Source: Deinococcus sp.
GTDB lineage: Bacteria; Deinococcota; Deinococci; Deinococcales; Deinococcaceae
Assembly (NCBI GenBank): GCA_965261005.1
Contig: OZ253375.1
Location: 672,001-736,000, forward strand
Length of the DNA: 64,000 bases
Reading direction: 5' to 3'
A model generated the notes under the pieces. It did not search any database and was not told the DNA's origin. It was given only the letters and a program-made list of their open reading frames with translations. Made by a program: the position numbers and the translations under genes. Positions 35,371-45,605 of this stretch are shown piece by piece (position 1 is the first letter of the stretch; each line of letters starts with the position of its first letter).

Positions 35371-35919
35371 CTAAAACTTCGCCACGGCGCGCATGTTGGT
35401 CAGCAGCACCTGATCACCCGCGTTGACCTTGCCGCCCGTCACCTGAAAGCCGAAGTAGGCTCTCCCCGCCCTTAACGCGCTCAGCAGCGCCGGGCCACCG
35501 GCCGCGAAGTCGGTCGGGTTGCTGCCGACAAAGTCGAAGTCGCCGATCAGGTTTGACGTCCCATCTTCTGTACACACGACGTAACTGACGCCGGGAATAT
35601 GCGTGCAGCCTGAATCGAAGTTTTGCCGCACGAACAGCTTGACCGTTTGAACGTCGAAGCTACCCAGGGGCTTCACCTTATATTCGGCCGTCCCCGTGAT
35701 GGTGACAGCGTTCACCAGGGCAGGAATATTCTGACCCTCAGCTTGGTTCTGGTCGATGTAAATGACCGGCGAGGTGAGGCTCACGGAACTTTGCAAATCC
35801 GCCGGCACCGCGATGGCGAAGTCCGGCAGGGGAACGCTGCCCACGGGGATGTTGCCACAGGCGTTCAAGGTGAGGGCGAGTGAACCCAGTGCCAAAGCGG
35901 CTTTCAGGTGGTTCGTCAC
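35371..35919 (-). CDS. Hypothetical lipoprotein
   Basis: GTG start; lipobox LNAC after a hydrophobic stretch. Confidence 0.7.
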   Translation of the reverse strand: MTNHLKAALALGSLALTLNACGNIPVGSVPLPDFAIAVPADLQSSVSLTSPVIYIDQNQAEGQNIPALVNAVTITGTAEYKVKPLGSFDVQTVKLFVRQNFDSGCTHIPGVSYVVCTEDGTSNLIGDFDFVGSNPTDFAAGGPALLSALRAGRAYFGFQVTGGKVNAGDQVLLTNMRAVAKF

Positions 35920-35974
35920 GCTCCCAGTCTGAGGCGTCCAAGCTGACGGCGGGTGAACGCCGCTATACTCGGGC

Positions 35975-37162
35975 GTGAAAGCGAGCAGCCTGCAACTCCG
36001 GCTGAAGGCCGGGCGAGAGCGCAAGATTCTGGGCCGCTACCCCTTCGGGCACGCGGGCGACGTGCTGGAGGCGCCGGCAAGCGCGCAGCCCGGCGAGGTC
36101 GTGGACGTTCACGCCGAGAACGGCGCCTTTGTGGGGCGCGGCTACTTCAACGCGGGGGGCGGCACGCCGCTGCGGCTGCTGACCCTCGGGCGCGAAACGA
36201 TTGACGCCAAGTTCTATCAGCGGCGGATTGAGACCGCCCTGACCCGCCGGGCGGGACGTGTGACCGGCACGAACGCCCTACGCCTGATCCACGCCGAGGC
36301 GGACGGGCTGCCGGGCGTGGTCGCCGACCGCTACGGCGACGTGCTGGCGGTGCAGCTTCGCAACGCAGGGGTGGAGCGCCACCGCGACCTGATCGTGGCG
36401 GCGCTGCGCGAGGTGACCGGGGCGGCCAGCGCCTTCGAGCGCTCCGACAGCGGGGAGCGGCGGCGCGAGGGGCTTTCTCCCATCAGCGGCTCCCTGTGGG
36501 GCGACTTGCCCGCGCAGGTGACGTTCTTCGAGGACGACCTGGAGTTCTCGTTTTCGCCCCTGACCGCCCAGAAGACCGGCTTCTACCTCGACCAGCGCGA
36601 CAACCGCCGCCTACTGCGCAGCCTGGTAGCGCCCGGCGACGCCTTCCTGGACGTGTACAGCTACACCGGGGCCTTTTCGCTACACGCCGCCAGGGCGGGG
36701 GCGCACAGCCTGGCGGTGGACAAGGACGCGGGGGCGCTGGGCCGGCTGGAAGGGGCGGCGCGCACGAACGACCTGGAGCGGCAAATCGCCCTGCGCCTCG
36801 GCGACGCGCAGGAGGTGCTGGCCGCCCTGGAGCGCGAGAAACGCACCTTCCAATTGGCGGTGTTCGACCCCCCGACCCTGGCCAAGCGCCGCGACGACGT
36901 GCCGAGGGCCAAGGGGCTGTTCGCGGACGGCCTGACGCGGGTGTTCTCGATGCTAACGAATGGTGGCCGGGTGCTGGTGTCCAGCTGCGCCCACTATTTA
37001 CGCTTGGAGGACGTGCTGGACGCGGCGCGCGTGGCGGCGGGCGCGGCAGAGGTCGGCGCCGAGGTGGAGAGCGTCACCTACCAGCCGCCCGACCACCCCT
37101 GGGTGCTGGCCGTGCCGGAAAGCCTCTACCTCAAGTCCGCCCTGCTGAGAATCGAGCGTTGA
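35975..37162 (+). CDS. RlmI-like SAM-dependent rRNA methyltransferase
   Basis: PUA N-terminus, EADGLPG, QKTGFYLDQR, DVYSYTG, DPP, PESLYLK. Confidence 0.88.
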   Translation: MKASSLQLRLKAGRERKILGRYPFGHAGDVLEAPASAQPGEVVDVHAENGAFVGRGYFNAGGGTPLRLLTLGRETIDAKFYQRRIETALTRRAGRVTGTNALRLIHAEADGLPGVVADRYGDVLAVQLRNAGVERHRDLIVAALREVTGAASAFERSDSGERRREGLSPISGSLWGDLPAQVTFFEDDLEFSFSPLTAQKTGFYLDQRDNRRLLRSLVAPGDAFLDVYSYTGAFSLHAARAGAHSLAVDKDAGALGRLEGAARTNDLERQIALRLGDAQEVLAALEREKRTFQLAVFDPPTLAKRRDDVPRAKGLFADGLTRVFSMLTNGGRVLVSSCAHYLRLEDVLDAARVAAGAAEVGAEVESVTYQPPDHPWVLAVPESLYLKSALLRIER

Positions 37163-37202
37163 GCCGCACACGCCGGTTCGGACGCCCGTTAAACTGCGTG
37201 GC

Positions 37203-37709
37203 GTGACCAGGCCCGTGTCCGCGCTGCTCCTCGAATACCAAGACTATGTGATGGCCTACCGCCTGCGCGCCCTGGTGGGCGGCAAGCTGGCGCCGCGCGG
37301 GCCGCTGCTGGCGCTGGCCCCCTACGCCCGCAAGCGCATCGAGCGCCAGTCACTCGCCAAAGCCCTCGTCAAGAAAGAAATTCCCCTGGCCGGTCTGCGC
37401 GAGATTGACCGCCTCACCGACGAGATGGCCTACGGCTTTTGGCACAACCCCGCCGAGGTGGCCGACTTTCTGCGCGCCGCCCTGCGCGTGGGCGGCCACC
37501 CGGCCCTCGGCGACCCAGCCGCCTTCGCGCGGCTGTTCACGCCGTCCGAGACGGCGCGGCTGGGCGCACGCCTCAGCGGGGTCACCGAGCACTACCTGAC
37601 CTGCCTGAGCCTGGCCGCCCCCGGCATCGACCCCGTGGCGCTCGACAACGTGTACCGGCGGGTGGAGGGCTTCGAGATGCCCCTGTTCGCCGACGACTTG
37701 CCGGCTTGA
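37203..37709 (+). CDS. Hypothetical protein
   Basis: Host-like codon usage; TAAACT -10 just upstream; fills the gap before comF. Confidence 0.6.
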   Translation: MTRPVSALLLEYQDYVMAYRLRALVGGKLAPRGPLLALAPYARKRIERQSLAKALVKKEIPLAGLREIDRLTDEMAYGFWHNPAEVADFLRAALRVGGHPALGDPAAFARLFTPSETARLGARLSGVTEHYLTCLSLAAPGIDPVALDNVYRRVEGFEMPLFADDLPA

Positions 37710-37711
37710 GC

Positions 37712-38335
37712 GTGAACGGCTTGGGATGGCTGCGCGCCCTGTTGCCGCAGCCTTGTCCAGGCTGTGGGGCGGGCCTGGGCGCCCGCGCCGGCCTGTGTCA
37801 GGTCTGTTTAGGCGCCCTACACGCAGAAGTCCTTTCGCACTCGCCGCTCACCCGGGTAGCCTCACCTCACCTCGTCTCGCTGGGCCGCTACGCCGGCCCA
37901 CTGCGGCGGGCGGTGCGCGCCCTCAAGTATGGGGGCAGCCGTGAAGTCGCCGGGGCGCTGGGCGCGAGGCTGGCCGCCGGCGTACCCCCCGCCTGGGCGC
38001 CGCAGGCCGTGTGCGCCGTGCCGCTGCATGCGGGGCGCGAACGTCGGCGCGGCTACAACCAGGCCGAACTGCTGGCCCGCGCCCTGGCCGCCGAGCTGAA
38101 GGTGCCGTGCCGGCCCTTGCTGCGCAGAACGCGTGCCACGCGGCAGCAAGCGAGGCTGCACGCGGACGAGCGGCGGGCCAACCTGGAGGGCGCCTTTGAA
38201 GCGACCGGCCGGGCGCCCCTACGGGTGCTGTTGGTGGACGATGTGCTGACGACCGGCAGCACCCTGACGGAGTGTGAGCGCGTGCTGCGCGCGGCGGGGG
38301 CGGAGCGGGTCTTCTTCGCGGTGGCGGCCCACTGA
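37712..38335 (+). CDS. comF: ComF family phosphoribosyltransferase-like competence protein
   Basis: CPGC/CQVC zinc ribbon, LKY, VPLH..R..RRGYNQA, LLVDDVLTTGST. Confidence 0.9.
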   Translation: MNGLGWLRALLPQPCPGCGAGLGARAGLCQVCLGALHAEVLSHSPLTRVASPHLVSLGRYAGPLRRAVRALKYGGSREVAGALGARLAAGVPPAWAPQAVCAVPLHAGRERRRGYNQAELLARALAAELKVPCRPLLRRTRATRQQARLHADERRANLEGAFEATGRAPLRVLLVDDVLTTGSTLTECERVLRAAGAERVFFAVAAH

Positions 38336-38355
38336 CCTCTATCCGTCCACCGCCG

Positions 38356-38574
38356 CTACCAATCCACCGTCAGCCGCTCGCCCGCGAACTCCACCGCGTC
38401 GCCGCGCCGAAGCTTTTTGCGCCGCCGGGTCTCGACCTCGCCGTTGAGCTTCACCTGGCCGTCCTGAACGCGAAACTTGGCCTCGCCGCCGGTCCCCACC
38501 AAGCCGGCCAGCTTGAGCCAGTCTTGCAAGTCAATGGTGTCGCGTTCCGGAGTATCGCGTTCTGGGGCGCTCAA
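38356..38574 (-). CDS. S4-domain RNA-binding protein (YaaA/YbcJ-like)
   Basis: LQDWLKLAGLVGTGGEAK...VKLNGEVETRRRKKLRRGD. Confidence 0.88.
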   Translation of the reverse strand: MSAPERDTPERDTIDLQDWLKLAGLVGTGGEAKFRVQDGQVKLNGEVETRRRKKLRRGDAVEFAGERLTVDW

Positions 38575-39107
38575 GGCAGGGAATAAAACTTGGCGAAGAT
38601 CTTGAGGTCGGCGCCGTCCACCTTGCCGTCGCCGTTGAGGTCGCCGCGCACACCGCTGCCGGTTTTGCCGTAGCTGTCCGCCAACACGGCGAAGTCGCTC
38701 AGGTCAATCTTGCCGTCGCCGTTGAGGTCGGCGCCGCCGTAGCGGGCGCGCACGTCCTTGGGGGCGGCGCCCGCCGGCAAGCCGAGCTGCGCCTCGACCT
38801 CGCCGCGCACGGCCTGCGCCACGCTGACGGGTCCCTTGGGGTTGATCTCGATGACCTGCTCGCCGCCACGCGTGACGGTGCGGCTGGCCTCGTCGGGGTT
38901 GAAGGTGGGGGCGCCGCCCAACTGAATCTTCGGTCCCGAGTCGGTCAGCAGGCGAAAGCTCACGTCGCCGGTGCTCAGCGCGCCGAGCGCCTGCACCAAG
39001 GCGGCCTTGACTTCGGGCGTGGCCGGGCGCAGCCGCACGTCCACCGCCCCAGCCACGCCGGCAAGGGCCGCGCCGAGCAGGGCCGCCCGCAAGAGCGCCC
39101 ACCTCAC
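38571..39107 (-). CDS. Secreted protein with C-terminal dockerin/EF-hand-like duplicated motif
   Basis: Signal peptide; ADLNGDGKIDLSDF...GDLNGDGKVDGADL. Confidence 0.75.
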   Translation of the reverse strand: MRWALLRAALLGAALAGVAGAVDVRLRPATPEVKAALVQALGALSTGDVSFRLLTDSGPKIQLGGAPTFNPDEASRTVTRGGEQVIEINPKGPVSVAQAVRGEVEAQLGLPAGAAPKDVRARYGGADLNGDGKIDLSDFAVLADSYGKTGSGVRGDLNGDGKVDGADLKIFAKFYSLP

Positions 39108-39550
39108 GGCGCCACCCGCGCGTCCAGCAAAGCTTTTTTGAAGGCGGCCGGATCGCTCACGCTTTGGCCCTGGACCTTGCCGCCCTGAAGCAGGTAGACC
39201 CCTTGGTTGACGCCCACCACCGGGCTGTCGAGCAGGCCCTTGTACAGCAGCAGCACGGCCTCGTCGTTCACGGCGAGCTTGGGCGCGCCCTCCAGGCCGT
39301 CCAGCACCCACAGCGTGGGGGCGCCGTTCAGCTGTGGCAGGTCGGCCACGCTGCCGCTGAGGGTCTCCCCCACCTTGAGGGCGTAGACGGTCCACTTCTG
39401 GCCGCCCTGTGTCTGCGGTTTAATTTCGGTCACGCGCGCCTGCACAATCAAGTCGGCCTTTTTGGCTTGCTGGGCCAAGGTCAGCTTGGGCACGAAGCCA
39501 GCGACGGCGGAGCTGGAGAGCAGCGCGGCGAGCAGAATAAGGCGCCTCAC
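39104..39550 (-). CDS. Secreted hypothetical protein
   Basis: Signal peptide; LAQQAKKADLIVQARV...VVGVNQG; GTGA coupling on both sides. Confidence 0.7.
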   Translation of the reverse strand: MRRLILLAALLSSSAVAGFVPKLTLAQQAKKADLIVQARVTEIKPQTQGGQKWTVYALKVGETLSGSVADLPQLNGAPTLWVLDGLEGAPKLAVNDEAVLLLYKGLLDSPVVGVNQGVYLLQGGKVQGQSVSDPAAFKKALLDARVAP

Positions 39551-40590
39551 GGCGTTTCCCCAGAACCCGAGTCGGGCGGCGGCGAGCCGGGCGACACGCC
39601 GTCATTCGAGGTGTCATCCACCGGAGCGCCCGGATCTTCGTAATCAGGCGCCTCATCGGAGCCGGGGTCGCTTGGCGGCACCGGATCGCTTGGCGTGGGC
39701 GTCGCCGTGCCCGGCGCCGGCGTGCTGGGCGCGGCCCCGCCTGGCGCCGTTGTGTTGGGAGTGGGCGTGGCCGGGTCCGTTGTACCGGGCGCCGCTTGGC
39801 CCGGGGCCGTCTGCTTGGTCGGGGTGGCCGGATTGGCGGGCTTGGCCGCTTCCGGGAACTTCTTCTCGGCGACCAGCTTGCCGTCCATGGCGCGCGCCTC
39901 GAAGGCGCTGGTTCCGCCGTCCAGCGTGACCGGCTTGGGGAAGCTCAGGCCGATCAAGGCGACGTTGGCGCCGCTTTGGGGCTTCTTCGTAAAGGCGAGG
40001 TCCAAGGTCAGCATCGGGCCGGACTGCTTCCACAGCAGCAGTTCGCCGCCGCCCGCGCCGGCCTCGACGCGCGACACCTTCACGCCGGGGGGCAGCTTCC
40101 ACTGAAAGCGCGCCGCCCGCGCGCTGCGCGGATAGCTGAGCGTCAGCGGAACGCGGGTGTCCGAGCGAAAGGTGGCGGCGCCGCTGGGCAAGCTGGGCGC
40201 CAAGCTCAGCGCGGGCAAGTTGCCCACGCTGATGGCGTAGGTCTGCGCGCGCGTGGACAGGCTGCCGTCGGTGGCCTCCACGATGAACTCATAGCGGCCC
40301 TGCTTGGTGGGCGTGCCGGCCAGCTGGCTGCCCTGCAAGCTGACGCCCGGCGGCAGCTCGCCGCTGGTGACGCGCAACGTGTAGGGATTCACGCCGCCCG
40401 ACACCGCGATATCGGCCTGATAAGGCTCGTTTTGGTAGGCGGCGGCCAAATTGCTGGAGCCGAAGCTGAGCACCTCTTTGCCGCCCGTCCCGCTGAGGTC
40501 GGCGCCGCTGCCGCACGCCGTCAACGCCAGCGTGAGCAGCGCGGGGGCGGCGCGAAGGAGACCTCGCCTGAAGTTGCCGGTCTTGACCAT
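39547..40590 (-). CDS. Lipoprotein with putative Ig (He_PIG) domain, cohesin-like beta domain and Pro/Thr-rich tail
   Basis: Lipobox LTAC; SGGVNPY...SGELPPGVSL...AGTPT...F.VEATD. Confidence 0.75.
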   Translation of the reverse strand: MVKTGNFRRGLLRAAPALLTLALTACGSGADLSGTGGKEVLSFGSSNLAAAYQNEPYQADIAVSGGVNPYTLRVTSGELPPGVSLQGSQLAGTPTKQGRYEFIVEATDGSLSTRAQTYAISVGNLPALSLAPSLPSGAATFRSDTRVPLTLSYPRSARAARFQWKLPPGVKVSRVEAGAGGGELLLWKQSGPMLTLDLAFTKKPQSGANVALIGLSFPKPVTLDGGTSAFEARAMDGKLVAEKKFPEAAKPANPATPTKQTAPGQAAPGTTDPATPTPNTTAPGGAAPSTPAPGTATPTPSDPVPPSDPGSDEAPDYEDPGAPVDDTSNDGVSPGSPPPDSGSGETP

Positions 40591-40691
40591 GTTCAAAGTG
40601 TACCCGGGCGAAGGTGAGTTTGAGAACGAAAACCGCTCATGACCGGGGGTGTGGCACGGTGGCCTCCGCGCTCAGCCGCTAGAATCGGCGG

Positions 40692-43610
40692 ATGAACCCG
40701 AACTTAGACGAGCGAACCTCGGATGTACAGGTGGGGCAGCGGCTGGGCCGCTACACCGTGACGCGCGTGGCCGCCCTGCCCGAGATCGAGGCCACCTTTT
40801 ACGAGTTGCGCCACGACCTCGGCAGCCGCCACGTCCACATCGCGCGTGAGGACGACAACCTCACCTTCACGGTGCTGTTCCCGACCGTGCCGCGCGACTC
40901 CAGCGGCGTGGCGCACATTCTGGAGCACATCGTGCTGTCGGGGTCGCAGAAGTATCCCCTCAAGACGCCCTTCTTCGCCATGCAGCCGAGGTCCCTCAAC
41001 ACCTTTTCCAACGCCTTTACGGCCTCGGACTGGACCGCCTACCCCTTCAGCACCCGCAACGCGCAGGACTTTTCCAACCTGCTCTCGGTCTACCTCGACG
41101 CGGCCTTTTTTCCGCTGCTGCGCGCCGACACCTTTTTGCGCGAGGCGTGGCGATTGGAGTACGACCCCCTCGATAACCCGGCGGGCGAGCTGAAGGTGCA
41201 GGGCGTGGTGTACAACGAGATGAAGGGCGGCATGGCCTCGGCCGGGTCGCAGGTGTACCAAGCCATCGGCAAGGCCCTGTACCCGGACCTGACCTACGCC
41301 GTCAACTCGGGCGGCGAGCCGCGCGACATTCCCGACCTGACTTGGGAAGCGCTGCGCGACTTTCACGCGCGCCACTACCACCCCAGCAACGCCTACTTTT
41401 ACACCTACGGTGACATGCCGCTTCCCCCGCTGCTGGACGCCATCGAGACCCAGGTGATGGGTCAGTTTGGGCCGCTGACCCTGGACGTGGCGATTCCCGA
41501 CCAGCCGCGCTTTGAGGGGCCGCGCGAGCTGGAGGTGCGCTACGCCAGCGGCGACGTCGAGACCGGCGCCCAGGCCCTGCTGGCCTGGATGGTCGCGCCG
41601 AGTTACGAGAGCTACGACGTGCTGCGCTGGAGCGTGCTGTCGGACGTGTTGCTCGGGAACCCGGCCGCCCCGTTGCGCCGCGCCCTGATCGAGTCGGGGC
41701 TGGGCAGCGCCACCGCCGACGGCACCGGCTACCACGACGACTTTCGTCAGGGCGCCTTTGCGGCCGGCCTCAAGGGCCTCGCGCTGGACAAAGCGGACGA
41801 GGTGCGCGACCTCGTGCTGGACACCCTGCGCCGGGTCGTGGGCGAGGGCGTGGACCCGGAAGCCGTGGACAGCAGCATTCACCAGATCGAGCTGTCGCGC
41901 AAGGAGGTCAGCAACGCCGGCTTTCCCTACGGCCTCAAACTGTTCTTCCGCTTCGCGGGCACCTGGCTGTACGGCGGCGACCCGCTGCGCGCCCTCAGGC
42001 TCGACGAGGACTTGGAGCAGCTCAGCGTGGGGCGCGCGCGGGGCGGCTTTTTCGAGAACATGATCCAGCGGGAGTTGCTGGACAACCCCCACCGGGTCCT
42101 GATCAGCTTGACGCCCGATCCGCAGGTGCAAGAGCGCCAAGCTGAAGAGGAGCGCGCCCGCGTGGCGGCCATGAGCGCCGGCTTCTCGGACGGGGACAAG
42201 GCGCGGGTGGTCGAGACGGCCGTGCAGCTCGCCAAGCTGCAAGAGCAGAGCGACGACGTGAGCGTGCTGCCGACCCTGGCGCTCTCGGACATCCCGGTGG
42301 AGGTGCCGGGAGCGCCGTACCAAGTGGAACCGCAAGCCTCGCTCACGCTCGCCCGCGCGCCGCAGCCGACCTCGGGCCTGGTGTACCTGGACGTGCAGCT
42401 GAACGTCGGCTTTCTGGACGAGGCGCAGTTGGAGCTGCTGCCGCTCTACGCCTACGCCCTGACCAAGTCGGGGGCCGGGGACCTCGACTACTTGGGCCTG
42501 GCGCGCCGCATTGAGGCCGTGACGGGAGGGGTGGGCGCCTCGGCGGGCGTCAGCGTCGGGCCGGGGGACCTCGGCGACGTGCGCGCCTCCTTCACCCTCA
42601 GCGGCAAGGCCCTGTCGCGCAACGCGCCCGAGCTGGTCGCCATTCTGCGCGACCTGCTGGCGGCGCCGCGCTTCGACGGGGAGCGGCTCTCGCAACTGGT
42701 CAAGCAGCGCCGGGCGGGCATGGAGGCCAGCGTGGTGGGGTCGGGCCACCTCTACGCGCGCGGCTTGGCGGCGGCGCAGCTCGGTTCTGCCGGCGCCCTC
42801 GGCGAGCGGCAAGACGGCCTGAGCCAGCTGGCGCGCCTCAAAACGCTGGACGAGGCGGCGGTGCGGGACTTGACCCAACAGTTCGGGCAGCTCGCCGCCG
42901 AGCTGCGCCGCGCCCCGGCCCGCCTGCTGCTGACCGCCACGCAGGAGGACCTCGGGCTGGACCTGTCCCCCATCACGGAAACGCTCCCAGGCGGCGCGCC
43001 CAAGCAGCGTCCGGCCGTCGCCCCCGCCGGCCACACCCCGCAGGCCCGCACCACCGACGTGCCGGTGTCCTACCACGCCAAGTCCTTTCTGACGGTGCCC
43101 TACACCCACCCCGACGCCCCGGCGCTGCTGGCCCTGGCGCACCTGTTGCGCAGCGAGTACGTGCTGCGCGAGCTGCGCGAAAAGGGCGGCGCCTACGGCG
43201 GCTACGCCACCTACAACCCGCAGGGCGGCGTGTTCGGCCTCTCCTCCTACCGTGACCCGCGCATGGCGCGCACCTATCAGGTGTTCGAGGGGGCGCGCGA
43301 CTTTCTGAACTCAGAGGCGCTCGGCGAGCGCGAGCTGCGCGAGGCGGTCCTGAGCGCCAGCGGCCAGCTCGATCCCCTCACCTCGCCGGACACCGTGGCG
43401 CGCATGCGCTTTTTCGGCGACCAGGCCGGCTACACGGCCGAGGTGCAGGAGGCGTTCAAGGCGCGCTTGCTGAAGGTGACCTTGGACGATTTGCGCCGGG
43501 TCTACGACAGCTACCTGCGAAAAGGCGCGGCCTACGGCATGGTGACGGGGCGCGACCCCAACCCGGAGATGCAGGAGGTCGGGCTGAAGTTCGAGGTGGC
43601 GGCGATCTGA
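40692..43610 (+). CDS. M16C (presequence protease / insulinase family) metallopeptidase
   Basis: GVAHILEH inverted zincin, GVVYNEMKG, YHPSNA, REKGGAYG, SYRDP. Confidence 0.93.
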   Translation: MNPNLDERTSDVQVGQRLGRYTVTRVAALPEIEATFYELRHDLGSRHVHIAREDDNLTFTVLFPTVPRDSSGVAHILEHIVLSGSQKYPLKTPFFAMQPRSLNTFSNAFTASDWTAYPFSTRNAQDFSNLLSVYLDAAFFPLLRADTFLREAWRLEYDPLDNPAGELKVQGVVYNEMKGGMASAGSQVYQAIGKALYPDLTYAVNSGGEPRDIPDLTWEALRDFHARHYHPSNAYFYTYGDMPLPPLLDAIETQVMGQFGPLTLDVAIPDQPRFEGPRELEVRYASGDVETGAQALLAWMVAPSYESYDVLRWSVLSDVLLGNPAAPLRRALIESGLGSATADGTGYHDDFRQGAFAAGLKGLALDKADEVRDLVLDTLRRVVGEGVDPEAVDSSIHQIELSRKEVSNAGFPYGLKLFFRFAGTWLYGGDPLRALRLDEDLEQLSVGRARGGFFENMIQRELLDNPHRVLISLTPDPQVQERQAEEERARVAAMSAGFSDGDKARVVETAVQLAKLQEQSDDVSVLPTLALSDIPVEVPGAPYQVEPQASLTLARAPQPTSGLVYLDVQLNVGFLDEAQLELLPLYAYALTKSGAGDLDYLGLARRIEAVTGGVGASAGVSVGPGDLGDVRASFTLSGKALSRNAPELVAILRDLLAAPRFDGERLSQLVKQRRAGMEASVVGSGHLYARGLAAAQLGSAGALGERQDGLSQLARLKTLDEAAVRDLTQQFGQLAAELRRAPARLLLTATQEDLGLDLSPITETLPGGAPKQRPAVAPAGHTPQARTTDVPVSYHAKSFLTVPYTHPDAPALLALAHLLRSEYVLRELREKGGAYGGYATYNPQGGVFGLSSYRDPRMARTYQVFEGARDFLNSEALGERELREAVLSASGQLDPLTSPDTVARMRFFGDQAGYTAEVQEAFKARLLKVTLDDLRRVYDSYLRKGAAYGMVTGRDPNPEMQEVGLKFEVAAI

Positions 43611-43623
43611 CGCGGGACAAGTC

Positions 43624-43656
43624 AAGGGGCGAACCCGCGGGTTCGCCCCTTTTTTA
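43624..43656. terminator. Intrinsic terminator
   Basis: AAGGGGCGAACCC-GC-GGGTTCGCCCCTTTTTT. Confidence 0.85.
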
Positions 43657-43679
43657 TTTCCTCACGACTGTCTATTTTT

Positions 43680-43889
43680 TCACGACGGCGTGGTCATCGG
43701 CTCGGCGCCGGCGGGTGGCGGGCTGTTTCTGGGGGTGTAGGTCATGCAGGCGGCGCTGCCGCCCAGCATGCCCACCTCGATCTGGCCGGCGTGGCACTCG
43801 CGCAGCTCGTTGTAGGTACACTCGGTCGCGCCGCAAGCGAGCACCAAGCTGGTTTGGTGGGTGCCGACTTCCCGGTCTTCCCTGGTCAT
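43680..43889 (-). CDS. DUF1540 small Cys-rich protein
   Basis: C.ATEC.YN...C.A..IEV......C.TY; GGGAGG RBS. Confidence 0.8.
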   Translation of the reverse strand: MTREDREVGTHQTSLVLACGATECTYNELRECHAGQIEVGMLGGSAACMTYTPRNSPPPAGAEPMTTPS

Positions 43890-44125
43890 GTGAACCTCCC
43901 GGTTTTGAGCTTAGAGCATTTGTCCGTTTCATTGCGTCCGCCGCTGCATTGCGTCCGCTGCGCGACCCCAGCCCGCCTTCGTGCGTCCATGCCAGAAAAG
44001 GCGCGTATCTTTGCTAGACTGGCACACTGAACGGCGTGGACGGCGCCGCGACCACAGCACGGCGCGCCGCCTTCCTCAAAGTCCCATGAACGCAAGTCCC
44101 GCCAACACGCGCGAGGAGAATTCGC

Positions 44126-45544
<1,419 letters not shown>

Positions 45545-45570
45545 GATTTTGGATTGGGAAAAGATACTTG

Positions 45571-45594
45571 GGCGCCCCCGACTTCGGGGGCGCT
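45571..45594 (+). terminator. Hairpin after rpoD
   Basis: GCGCCCCCGA-CT-TCGGGGGCGC. Confidence 0.5.
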
Positions 45595-45605
45595 ATCGTT
45601 TCTGG

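Noticed and set aside
40704..43142. Long antisense ORFs (812 aa here; also 21488-23428, 16125-17747, 43886-45505, 56598-58682, 52468-54126)
   Set aside because: Shadow frames opposite well-supported genes; expected in high-GC DNA; no recognisable motifs
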